Source of the DNA: Fidelibacterota bacterium | Lineage (GTDB): Bacteria; Fidelibacterota; UBA2242 | Direction of reading: 5' to 3' | Assembly (NCBI GenBank): GCA_049975265.1 | Contig: JBNGDF010000001.1 | Span: forward strand, 118,218-182,217 | Length of the DNA stretch: 64,000 nucleotides | Shown here: positions 46,827 through 55,964 of the stretch, one piece after another | Layout: each line of letters opens with the position of its first letter | How positions within the stretch are numbered: position 1 is the stretch's first letter | Translations under genes and position numbers: made by a program | The notes under the pieces: model-generated | Seen by the model: only the letters and a program-made list of their open reading frames with translations | Database searches by the model: none | What the model was told of the DNA's origin: nothing

Positions 46827-47606
46827 ATGAAAAAGACCGATTTTTCTTATCTTCCGGAAAAAAAACGCCTGCTCTATGAGCAGATTGCGCGCTCCTACCG
46901 AATTCGTGAGCGTCAGAAAAATCTTGCCTGGACCCCTTTCGAGGCAAAGCTGATCGATAGTAAAATTGCCTTTATCTCCCTGTGCGGTGCCTATCTGAAA
47001 AGCGGTAAACCTTTTACCCGAGAATCCCAGGAGAGCAACTATACTTACCGCTCGATCGATATCAATTTTGATCGCGCCGAACTGGCGTTTTGTGCGCTGG
47101 ATTGGGAGACTTCGGAGCTGCAGCAGGATATCAATGTGGTCTTGCCGATTGACCGACTGGTTTTACTGCAGAAAGAGGGACTGATTGGAAAGGTGAATGA
47201 GAATTTCTACAGCTTTTTAGGTATCAACGATGAGCACGAGCTTCTGGATAAGGCGATTAAAAAATTGGTGAAACAGCTGAAGAGCGATGATTGTGTGGGG
47301 GTGCTGATTATTCCCTGTTCAGCCCGCACCGCCGAGACCGCCTGTCTGATTGCCAATCAACTGGAGGCGTCAAGGCTGTCCACCGTCATGCTGACACCCT
47401 TTTACGAGCAGGCGCTGGTGATGTCACCGCCGCGTTGTGCGTTTATCAATTTTCCTTTCGGTCGGATTTTGGGAAAGGCGAATCATGTTACCCTGCATAC
47501 GGCTATTCTGCGCGACACTTTACGGTTGTTCGAGAAAGCCAAGGTGCCGGGTGAAATCTTGAACCTTAACTTTATCTGGTCTTATGGTCAGATTCCGGAC
47601 TGGTAA
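46827..47606 (+). CDS. hypothetical protein (Cys-containing alpha/beta fold; possible distant GrdB/PrdB-reductase-family relative)
   Basis: 259 aa, no clear motif; VLIIPCSARTAETACL segment; assignment to reductase family is a weak recollection only. Confidence 0.3.
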   Translation: MKKTDFSYLPEKKRLLYEQIARSYRIRERQKNLAWTPFEAKLIDSKIAFISLCGAYLKSGKPFTRESQESNYTYRSIDINFDRAELAFCALDWETSELQQDINVVLPIDRLVLLQKEGLIGKVNENFYSFLGINDEHELLDKAIKKLVKQLKSDDCVGVLIIPCSARTAETACLIANQLEASRLSTVMLTPFYEQALVMSPPRCAFINFPFGRILGKANHVTLHTAILRDTLRLFEKAKVPGEILNLNFIWSYGQIPDW

Positions 47607-47626
47607 ACCGGATGTTTTGTTCAATT

Positions 47627-47662
47627 AAAAAAGCCGTCCCGGATCCGGAGACGGCTTTTTTT
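47627..47662. terminator. bidirectional rho-independent terminator between convergent genes
   Basis: aaaaaa-GCCGTCCCGGATCCGGAGACGGC-ttttttt: GC-rich hairpin flanked by A-run and T-run, 20 nt after + gene stop and 20 nt after pepD stop. Confidence 0.65.
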
Positions 47663-47681
47663 ACAAATGGGGCGGTTGGGT

Positions 47682-49142
47682 CTAACCGGTGGCAATTCGT
47701 TTAAGTGTTTCCACCAGCAATCCCCAGAATCTTTCTACGGTTTCGATTTCCACAACTTCGTCGGGAGAGTGAGGATTTTTTATCGTCGGACCGAAGGAAA
47801 TCATGTCAATACCCGGAACGGTTTCACCGATGATGCCGCATTCGAGTCCGGCGTGGATCGCCTTCACTTCCGGTGTTTTGCCGTAAAGGTCCTTGTAAGC
47901 GGATTTCATCATTTCCAAAATTTTCGATTCCATGTTCGGTTTCCAGCCGGGATACCCGCCACCCTGATGGACCTCTCCGCCAGCCAGTAATCCGGTCGCC
48001 TTGACCTGATCGGCGATGTCGATCTTGGCGGTCTCCACCGAGCTGCGCTGACTGGTCAGAACGGTGACATTTTTTTCATCGGTCTGAACAATCGCCAGAC
48101 TGGTGGAGGTCTCGACCAGGTCGGGAATTGCATGGCTCATGGCGACGACGCCGTGCGGTAATGCGTAGAGCATATTGAGCAGACGGGTTTGAAAATCTTT
48201 GGAAAATACTTTCTGTGGTTGGTCGACCTCTATTATGGCGATGTTAATGCCGCTTTCGATGCCCCGGTATTCTTCTTTGAAAATCCGCTCAAAATCACCA
48301 ACCAGGGATTTCAGATTTTCTAGGTCGTCGGAATTGACCACCAGCAGAGCATCGGCTTCCCGGGGAATGGCGTTGTGTTTGCTGCCGCCGCTCAGGGATG
48401 CCAGATAAAAGTCGTGCCTGTCATTGGCATTCCAGAGCAGGCGATTGAGCAATTTGTTGGCATTGGCGCGCCCCAAGGCAATGTCAAGCCCCGAATGACC
48501 GCCCTTCAGACCGGTGAGTTTGATCTGCAGAGGCTGGTAATCGGCGGGGATATTGATCCACTCAATGGATAGTTCGATTTTGGTGTCTTTACCGCCGGCA
48601 CACCCGATGTACAGGGCACCATCCTCTTCAGAATCACAGTTCATCAAAATATCGGCGGTAACAAAGCCGGGTTTCAGGGCGTTGGCGCCGGTCAGACCGG
48701 TCTCTTCATCAATGGTAAACAGGAATTCCATGGGCGGATGCACCAGGTCCGTGGCGGTCATGACCGTGAGTGCTGCAGCGACACCGATACCGTTATCGGC
48801 GCCCAGAGTAGTACCGTCGGCGCGAACATAATCTCCATCAATCATCATTTTGATCGGGTCTTTTCTGAAATCGTGCTCTGTACCGCTGTTCTTTTCACAG
48901 ACCATGTCGAGATGACCCTGCAGACAGACTTTCGGTTTGTTTTCTGAACCGGCGCTGGCAGGTTTGGTCACAAGAATATTGCCGACACTATCCTGTTTGA
49001 AGGGCAACCCGTGATCTTTGGCGACGCTGATAATATATTGACCCGCCCGGGCTTCGTGTTTGGATTCTCTGGGGATCTGATTCAGTTCATAAAAATAGCG
49101 CCAGAGTTTTTCGGGTTTCAACCCTTGAAATACATAACTCAT
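47682..49142 (-). CDS. pepD: aminoacyl-histidine dipeptidase (Xaa-His dipeptidase, peptidase M20C)
   Basis: PepD blocks HEARAGQYI, VCLQGHLDMV, GADNGIGVA, FTIDEETGL; start moved to second ATG 49142 which has GGAGG 7 nt upstream. Confidence 0.85.
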   Translation of the reverse strand: MSYVFQGLKPEKLWRYFYELNQIPRESKHEARAGQYIISVAKDHGLPFKQDSVGNILVTKPASAGSENKPKVCLQGHLDMVCEKNSGTEHDFRKDPIKMMIDGDYVRADGTTLGADNGIGVAAALTVMTATDLVHPPMEFLFTIDEETGLTGANALKPGFVTADILMNCDSEEDGALYIGCAGGKDTKIELSIEWINIPADYQPLQIKLTGLKGGHSGLDIALGRANANKLLNRLLWNANDRHDFYLASLSGGSKHNAIPREADALLVVNSDDLENLKSLVGDFERIFKEEYRGIESGINIAIIEVDQPQKVFSKDFQTRLLNMLYALPHGVVAMSHAIPDLVETSTSLAIVQTDEKNVTVLTSQRSSVETAKIDIADQVKATGLLAGGEVHQGGGYPGWKPNMESKILEMMKSAYKDLYGKTPEVKAIHAGLECGIIGETVPGIDMISFGPTIKNPHSPDEVVEIETVERFWGLLVETLKRIATG

Positions 49143-49166
49143 GATTAAACCTCCGTTCATTGGGTA

Positions 49167-50375
49167 TTAAAATTGTTTTGTGAGAACGTTTCTAATGGAT
49201 ACCAGAGCCTGATCGATTTCGGCTTTGGTAATGATCAGTGGTGGTGCAATGCGGATGACATTTTCGTGGGTCTCCTTCGCCAAAATGCCTTCCCGTTGCA
49301 GCGCCTCGCAGAATTGGCGGGCACCGCCGGCGGTGGATTTTAGGACGATACCGATCCAGAGCCCCTTTCCACGATAGAAATCTACGTAGGGGCTCTCAAT
49401 TTTCCGCAGTTCACCCATTAGATAATCGCCCATTTCTGCAGACCGGTCAATCAGATGTTCATCGATAATAATCTTAAGTGCCTCCCGGGCGACGGCGCAA
49501 GCCAGAGGGTTGCCGCCATAGGTTGAGCCGTGATCACCCGGTTTAAAAACGCTCAGTATCTCGCGGGAGGCAACCACGGCAGAGACCGGGTACATCCCGC
49601 CGGATAGTGCTTTTCCGATAACGACCATATCCGGTTTCACTTGTTCATGTTCGTAAGCAAAGAGCCTTCCGGTGCGTCCCAGACCGCTCTGGATCTCGTC
49701 GGCGATGAGCAGAACGTTGTTCCGGCGGCAGATCTCCGCCGCTTCCCGAAGAAAGCCTTCCCGGGGAACGACTACACCGCTTTCACCCTGAATCGGCTCC
49801 ACCAGAAAACCGACGGTATTTTCATTGATCGCTGCTTTCAACGCTTCGGTATCACCATAGGGAATGATTCTGAAACCGGGTGTCAATGGACCGTATCCCT
49901 CTTTGTACTGTTCTTCCGTGGAAAAGGAAACAATGGTCACCGTCCGACCATGAAAATTCCCTTCGCAGGCGATTATTTCCGCCCGGTCCCGGGCGACGCC
50001 CTGGATGGTGTAGCCCCACTTGCGGGCGGCTTTGATAGCGGTTTCCACCGCTTCGGCGCCGGAATTCATGGGGAGCATCATCTCAAATCCGGTCAATTCG
50101 CACAGCTCTTTCGCCAAGAGCGGCAGCTGATCGTTCCGAAATGCCCGGGACGTCAATGCTAAGCGGGCTGCCTGCTCCTGCAGGATTTTAACGAGACGCG
50201 GGTGACAGTGCCCTTGATTGACTGCCGAGTAGGCGGCTAAAAAATCCATATATTTTTTACCTTCGACGTCCTCGACCCAGATGCCTGAACCGCGGGTGAG
50301 AACCACATCCAGGGGCTTATAGTTGTGAGCCCCGTATTGATTTTCGAGTTCGATACACTCTCTGGTTGTTATCAT
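49167..50375 (-). CDS. rocD: ornithine--oxo-acid aminotransferase (class III PLP aminotransferase)
   Basis: OAT-typical FLAAYSAVNQGHCHP, PLP-lysine region LLIADEIQSGLGRTGRLFAYEH...VIGKALSGG. Confidence 0.85.
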   Translation of the reverse strand: MITTRECIELENQYGAHNYKPLDVVLTRGSGIWVEDVEGKKYMDFLAAYSAVNQGHCHPRLVKILQEQAARLALTSRAFRNDQLPLLAKELCELTGFEMMLPMNSGAEAVETAIKAARKWGYTIQGVARDRAEIIACEGNFHGRTVTIVSFSTEEQYKEGYGPLTPGFRIIPYGDTEALKAAINENTVGFLVEPIQGESGVVVPREGFLREAAEICRRNNVLLIADEIQSGLGRTGRLFAYEHEQVKPDMVVIGKALSGGMYPVSAVVASREILSVFKPGDHGSTYGGNPLACAVAREALKIIIDEHLIDRSAEMGDYLMGELRKIESPYVDFYRGKGLWIGIVLKSTAGGARQFCEALQREGILAKETHENVIRIAPPLIITKAEIDQALVSIRNVLTKQF

Positions 50376-50570
50376 ATAAAAACCTCACTTGTGTGCATTT
50401 CCGAATTCCACTGTTGCCTGAATTTAGATAATGATTGTGGAAAAAGCAGGCGTTTTCTTAAATTAATTAAGAACTTTATAAGTTCCCAATCCCGTCGGAA
50501 TCCCGGGGTAGTCGCAACATTCTTACGAGAAAAATGTATTATATCCCCCTGCGTGCGGTATAAATGAACC

Positions 50571-52031
50571 TTAAAAATACCGGCTAAGAGACAATTGGTG
50601 GCTGGTTCCGCCCCGCTCCACTGTTTTCTTGCCGGGAACCGGCTCGGTGAAGTGCACCGGGCTCTCATCGAGGCGTCTGATGACCGGGAGCAGCTGGCTC
50701 AGCCGGTACTCCAGGGCATAATCGCCGAAATTGTACTGTAAAGCGCTCTGGATATCGAAGATATTGGCATCAAGGCGAAGGGGATAGTCCAGCGGTGTCG
50801 CCACCAATCCAAATTCCAGCTCGGCTTCCCCCACCATTTGCAGAAAAATCCTTGAATGCAGATAATGTCCCAGCAAAGTGAACCGGATTTTTGATTTTGA
50901 AAGGCGATAAAAATAGAGAACATCCTGACTGAAAATCCGCCCCTTCCGGAGTTCGCCCCCGGCTTTGTGGGAGATTGGCAGAATACCGTAAAGAACCCCC
51001 AATACCGGCGTCCGGAGGGAGAAATCACCGCCGAATGCAGACAGTGAGACTCCGGCACGGAAGTGATGATCTGCTCCGGTATGGTGGCAAAGCAGTGCTC
51101 CGCTGTTGAGGCTGAAATCCCCCGATCCAAGTTCGTCAAAATCGGTGAAGGAGGGCGGATGATTGTCGGTGTGGTAATGGAGTCCGGCATGCGAATAACG
51201 AATTTCAGCTGCCAGGCAGGCGGGCTCTGACTGTCCCAGCTTCAGAGAGAGCTGGGTCGAATGAAATCGGGTTGGGATATCCAGGATCCGCCTGCCGTTC
51301 AGAACCGGTTTGTTGGTGGTATTGTTGTAGCGAAAAGTAACGGCATTGTCCCATTGAAAGTGATTCAGAGCGATACACAGACGGTTTTGGTCATTGCGGA
51401 GAGGAATACTGATCCAGGGAGTCAATTCGAACTGTTGCGTGCGGATTTTGGATTGAATGGGATTCCCGAATGTCCGGGGCAACCAGTCAAGGAAATAACG
51501 GTTCAGGCGTGAATCTTCCGAGTGGGGATAGGTTTTGATAACGGCTGTCGCGGAATGACTCCGGGATGTCGAGCGGAATTGCAGTCCCAGACTTTTGTTA
51601 TTGGCGGCTCTGACCCAAAGGATGGCATAGGTCTGCCCCTTTCCGTTGCCTTCACCCCGCACGGCGGTCCGGTCGCGCTGGTTTTCGGCGGCAAGCCGAT
51701 CAAGTCCAATGTGAACCCTGAAGATATGGTCCGCCGCCGCGGTTCTGACAGGTAATACGAATCGAAAACAGCCCGATTGCTGGTCTGTTGTCAAGACCCG
51801 TTGGTCGAAAATTCTTTTCCGGTAGATATCGTCATACCGATAGGTGATGTTGAACTCTTTTGTGATGCTTGCAATTTGCCGGTGCAGAATACCGTTGAAA
51901 TCATCAAGAAGCGCCAACCGGGTAAAGCTGTCCTGCCACCGGGCGGTGGTGATTTGTATAAATAAAGCAGTAAAGCAGAAGGGGAAAAGCAGTCTACCTT
52001 TCCCCTTTTGAATTGCATAAACAGGTTTCAA
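50571..52031 (-). CDS. hypothetical outer-membrane beta-barrel protein
   Basis: 486 aa, alternating aromatic/hydrophilic strands, His/Arg-rich, C-terminal ...LSLSRYF with terminal Phe typical of OMP beta-signal; 8-nt gap after T9SS cargo gene. Confidence 0.4.
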   Translation of the reverse strand: MKPVYAIQKGKGRLLFPFCFTALFIQITTARWQDSFTRLALLDDFNGILHRQIASITKEFNITYRYDDIYRKRIFDQRVLTTDQQSGCFRFVLPVRTAAADHIFRVHIGLDRLAAENQRDRTAVRGEGNGKGQTYAILWVRAANNKSLGLQFRSTSRSHSATAVIKTYPHSEDSRLNRYFLDWLPRTFGNPIQSKIRTQQFELTPWISIPLRNDQNRLCIALNHFQWDNAVTFRYNNTTNKPVLNGRRILDIPTRFHSTQLSLKLGQSEPACLAAEIRYSHAGLHYHTDNHPPSFTDFDELGSGDFSLNSGALLCHHTGADHHFRAGVSLSAFGGDFSLRTPVLGVLYGILPISHKAGGELRKGRIFSQDVLYFYRLSKSKIRFTLLGHYLHSRIFLQMVGEAELEFGLVATPLDYPLRLDANIFDIQSALQYNFGDYALEYRLSQLLPVIRRLDESPVHFTEPVPGKKTVERGGTSHQLSLSRYF

Positions 52032-52039
52032 TCGGTGCC

Positions 52040-54418
52040 CTATTTCATGAGCGTCATTTTGCGGGTCATCATTTTGTCATTTACCAGCAATTTCAGGAAG
52101 TAGATACCGGAGGGATAGCCCGCGGCGTTCCATTGTAATCTGATTTTCCCGGCGTTCAGTGGTCCATTGTGCAGATTACCGACGATTTCGCCCCTTAGAT
52201 TGACGATGCTGACGGAGATGTCGGCGGCTTCGGGCAGGTCGAAAGCGATCGTCGCTACCGGGTTAAACGGATTCGGATAAACGGGGTGCAGAGCGAATGA
52301 AACCGGCAGTTTCGGCGCTTCCTCTACCCCCACCTCTTTGTAGCGATCGGGAAACATTCCGCCCATGGTACTGTCAACGCCCAGTGCAAAATTTTTCCAC
52401 ATGGTTAAAAAACTGGTCGGCGGATTATCAAACCAGGCGGAGAGATTGACCCGCTCCCCGTCGATCCACATCATGGAATCCGGATAGGCAAAATCCTCGT
52501 ACATTTCCCAGGCGTTGAAGGACATCATATCCATAATAAATTCCATCTCGGTGGCGTCCATACCAAAATCATCTTCATAAGGTTTCATGGCGGTCGCCAG
52601 ATTGACCATATTGTCAAAGAATGTGCCGAGATTCAGAAAGGCGTCCTCGAGCCAGGCACCGGCTTCATGAAATTTTTCAATACCGTAAGGCGTTACGGTG
52701 AGAAAATCCGGGTTGGACTGTTCCAGAATCAGGATAATGTCCAACTCTGATTCCACGTTGGAGAAGTCCAGTACCGCGGGGTCCAGGTCCAGGATGAAAA
52801 TATTGCTCAGTTCTGCATAGATATTCGATAAGCCGTCGGCGATCATGGACATCCCGTCAATCGCCAGCTCCATTGCAGCGGTCATCAGGGCAACATGCGA
52901 TACGGTCAGAGGGGTAATGGAAAATTCCGAGTTTTCATCCAGAGAATAGAGACCACCGATCTCGTCTTCATTTTCCAAAATAAGAATAACATAGTTCACC
53001 GCCTCTTCGCTTTCGATATATTGATCGATGTGGTAGCGGATTTCGCTGATCTGATCCTGGAGATCGAAGCTGCTCCAATCATAATAGAAGGTCAGGCTGT
53101 CAATATATCCCTCGGAGATAAAATAGAGCGACCGGTCGATATCACCGAAAAACTCCTCGTCATTCAGCATGTCATACAGCAGGGTCAGAGCCAGCCCGAA
53201 GTGCTCGTCGGGAGTAACCAGAGAAGGCGTCAGGGTTTCTTTGGTCAGGAGCGCCTGTTGATATAAGTGCAGTTTGTTTTCAAATTGCTCTACACTATCA
53301 TTAGCGTTCAGAATAATGTCCGATTCTATCATGGCATACATATCAGAAGTGATGCCCTGCGGGAAGGTATTGCTGAATGTAAAGGATTCGGGTTCACCAT
53401 TGCGGTAAAAGTCCTGGAATACACCCCAGAGACCGTCGTGATGGGCGAGACTTTCGATGATACCGCGCGGACGGATTGTTTTGTTTTCTGCTTCAGGTTC
53501 GATGGGATACTCTTTGCCAGCCATGAGAGTGTCAAACTCCACGACCAGTTCCTGCAGGGAATCGATAAACGCCAGATCCAACTCCAACGGAGCAAAGGGC
53601 TGATTCAATAAGAGGACCTGAATCGAGTCGAGCAGCGCATAGAGCGAATCCAGTCCCATATGTACGACGGTGACACCGGGTTCAATGTCATCGCTGTTTG
53701 CATTTAGTGAATCCACGACCTGCGTCCAGCCGCTGTCCAGAGCGGTGCCCATATTTTCGCCCAGAAGACCGATCCTGTCAACACGGTCGAAGAGTGCCCT
53801 TGAAAATACGAACAGCGTATCTTCATATTCGGTTCCGGTTAATTGAACATAGTACTCAAAATCGGCGGTTCCATTAGCGACGGCGTCCCAGTTATCCCCG
53901 AATGTTCCGGCGATGGGATCGGTCTTTTCGAAAAAGAGCTCCAGAGCGACTTCCATATCGTATACATCGGAATTGATGTTGTCCAGCCAGAGCTGAACGG
54001 AATCCCGGTAAGCCGGATAGGTCCCGGAATCAAAAAATTCAGTCAATTGCAGCACGAAGTCGTTGGGATTTTCCGCCAGAAAGAGGGGCAGAATATCCAC
54101 CAGAGACTGGATGGCGATATTAATGGAATTTCTTTGCAGATCATTGAGAAGATATTCCATGTCGCTGATCAGTGTGTCGCCGTTGATATGTGTCCGGGCA
54201 GCCTGGATAATGGCGAGTCCCATATGAGCTTTCATAGTCTGTTCATCATCGGCGCCCGGCAATAACGCAAGATATTCGGTTTCCATACTGTCCAGATAAT
54301 CAATATATGCGGGCGAAATATCCGCTTGCAGTACGATATCGGGCGTCTGGGCACTCAGGGGGAAACAAAATAAAATAACAAGAAATAGGAACGTAAGATT
54401 TTTTGTAGCTTTTTTCAT
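52040..54418 (-). CDS. large acidic secreted protein with T9SS C-terminal sorting domain (function unknown)
   Basis: Signal peptide LTFLFLVILFCFPLSAQ; 792 aa, strongly Asp/Glu-rich; C-terminal ...ISVSIVNLRGEIVG...GKIRLQWNAAGYPSGIYFLKLLVND... type-A T9SS CTD. Confidence 0.6.
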   Translation of the reverse strand: MKKATKNLTFLFLVILFCFPLSAQTPDIVLQADISPAYIDYLDSMETEYLALLPGADDEQTMKAHMGLAIIQAARTHINGDTLISDMEYLLNDLQRNSINIAIQSLVDILPLFLAENPNDFVLQLTEFFDSGTYPAYRDSVQLWLDNINSDVYDMEVALELFFEKTDPIAGTFGDNWDAVANGTADFEYYVQLTGTEYEDTLFVFSRALFDRVDRIGLLGENMGTALDSGWTQVVDSLNANSDDIEPGVTVVHMGLDSLYALLDSIQVLLLNQPFAPLELDLAFIDSLQELVVEFDTLMAGKEYPIEPEAENKTIRPRGIIESLAHHDGLWGVFQDFYRNGEPESFTFSNTFPQGITSDMYAMIESDIILNANDSVEQFENKLHLYQQALLTKETLTPSLVTPDEHFGLALTLLYDMLNDEEFFGDIDRSLYFISEGYIDSLTFYYDWSSFDLQDQISEIRYHIDQYIESEEAVNYVILILENEDEIGGLYSLDENSEFSITPLTVSHVALMTAAMELAIDGMSMIADGLSNIYAELSNIFILDLDPAVLDFSNVESELDIILILEQSNPDFLTVTPYGIEKFHEAGAWLEDAFLNLGTFFDNMVNLATAMKPYEDDFGMDATEMEFIMDMMSFNAWEMYEDFAYPDSMMWIDGERVNLSAWFDNPPTSFLTMWKNFALGVDSTMGGMFPDRYKEVGVEEAPKLPVSFALHPVYPNPFNPVATIAFDLPEAADISVSIVNLRGEIVGNLHNGPLNAGKIRLQWNAAGYPSGIYFLKLLVNDKMMTRKMTLMK

Positions 54419-54497
54419 GATAGTCTCCTTGGAATTTTACGTTTTTAATTTAACAATGGAAGGTTAAACAGTATGTATCACAACTCACAATTGGAGA

Positions 54498-55673
54498 TTA
54501 GACCAGAAATATCTCCTTTTGCGGATGAGAGAGCCATTCGCAGCCGTCTTCGGTGACGACAATCATCTCCTCAACGGTGGCGACGCCGTATCCCTCGATA
54601 GGCAGGCGCGGCTCAATGGTATAAACCTGTCCCTCCTCAATTGGCAGATAGGGAACATCACCATACCGTTCCCAGCGCGGTCCCAACATACCGGCGCCGT
54701 CGTGGGTCGAACGACCAACCTGGTGACCAAGTCCGTGAGGAAACTCGGGATAACCTCTGGAGATAATATAGTCCCGGGCGATTTTATCGATCTCCCAGCC
54801 CATCAAACCGGGGCGGATGGCATCCTTTGCCATCTGAACAGATTCGATGATGGTATTAAAACCACGTAGTACTTCGGCGGGCGCCTCCTTTTCGCTATCT
54901 CTTAAAAAATACCAGGTCCGCTGTATATCGGAACAGTATTCATCTTTTTTCACACCGAAATCAATGTTCAGCACATGCCCCTTCTGAATGATTCGCTCCG
55001 TTGGATCGGCGTGTGCACCGGCGGAATCGGGTCCGGTGAATACCGCCGGACAGGAGCTTTGCTCCCAAGCCGTCGTGACGCCGTGTTCCGCCACTTTATC
55101 CAAGATGAAACGAGCGACATCAAGCTCCCTCATTCCGGGCTGCATATATTCGGAGACCTGGGCGTAAATATTTTCTGTCAGCTGAATCGCCGCCTTGATG
55201 CGCTCAATCTCCGTTTTGGTTTTACGACCACGCAATGTGGCGACGATTTCTTCCGAGCTGACAAAACGGTCGCTGAATTTGGTTGAAGCCGTCATATCCA
55301 TCAGTAATTCATACATTCCGTGAGTCAGCCCATCAGCCATATAGTCGTTTTTCGAGGTGTTAATGGCGATTGTCTGCGGATTCAGGTCATTCAATACAGT
55401 CAGAAGTTCATCCTTTAAACCACCGACATATTTGCGGATATCCCGATAAAGTCCGGTCAGGCGGACCCGTTCGTGATCCAGGCTGCCAACAATGGCGATT
55501 GTTTTGCCACTCCGGGTGATGATAAACGCCGATTGCCAGGTAACGTTTGTTCCCAGAGTCAGATCAAGACAGGGATCGGCAATGGCTTCGGTCTCCCGTA
55601 CGAAGGTCAGCCACATATCAATCTGTTTTTCCTCCAGGATGTCCACCGCCTGCTGAATTTTTTCCTGTAACAT
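54498..55673 (-). CDS. M24 family metallopeptidase (Xaa-Pro aminopeptidase/dipeptidase)
   Basis: Pita-bread metal ligands: NIDFGV, DIQRTW, HGLGHQVGRSTHDG, TIEP; AAGGGAGAG RBS. Confidence 0.85.
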   Translation of the reverse strand: MLQEKIQQAVDILEEKQIDMWLTFVRETEAIADPCLDLTLGTNVTWQSAFIITRSGKTIAIVGSLDHERVRLTGLYRDIRKYVGGLKDELLTVLNDLNPQTIAINTSKNDYMADGLTHGMYELLMDMTASTKFSDRFVSSEEIVATLRGRKTKTEIERIKAAIQLTENIYAQVSEYMQPGMRELDVARFILDKVAEHGVTTAWEQSSCPAVFTGPDSAGAHADPTERIIQKGHVLNIDFGVKKDEYCSDIQRTWYFLRDSEKEAPAEVLRGFNTIIESVQMAKDAIRPGLMGWEIDKIARDYIISRGYPEFPHGLGHQVGRSTHDGAGMLGPRWERYGDVPYLPIEEGQVYTIEPRLPIEGYGVATVEEMIVVTEDGCEWLSHPQKEIFLV

Positions 55674-55721
55674 CGATTCACTCTCCCTTTAATTTACCGG
55701 AGCTGAATTTACACGAAAGTA

Positions 55722-55771
55722 TCCTTAATAAAAAATGTCGGAGGAAGTACCGGGCGGTAAATTCCTCCGAC
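55722..55771 (-). terminator. strong hairpin + U-run on minus strand (orphan intrinsic terminator ~50 nt upstream of M24 peptidase start)
   Basis: Minus strand GTCGGAGGAA-(15 nt loop)-TTCCTCCGAC (10-bp perfect stem, plus coords ~55737-55771) followed by AUUUUUUAUU. Confidence 0.4.
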
Positions 55772-55917
55772 GCGTGGGGTCTATGGCTCTATTATGAGAG
55801 CGGTGGGTTATTGTTACTCAAATAACGCCCTACCTATTGCAACGCTTATGCCAAGGATATATGTTCAATGATAACAATATCTTATTATTTATGGTGTTGG
55901 TAATTTTATTACCCAAT

Positions 55918-55947
55918 CACCACAAAAATTGTGGTGTTTTTACCACA
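55918..55947. terminator. overlapping palindromes forming bidirectional terminator just downstream of uvrA
   Basis: CACCACAA-AAA-TTGTGGTG + TTTTT on plus; TGTGGT-AAAAAC-ACCACA + AUUUUUG on minus, 18 nt after uvrA stop. Confidence 0.5.
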
Positions 55948-55964
55948 GTTTCGGAGCGGAAAAA

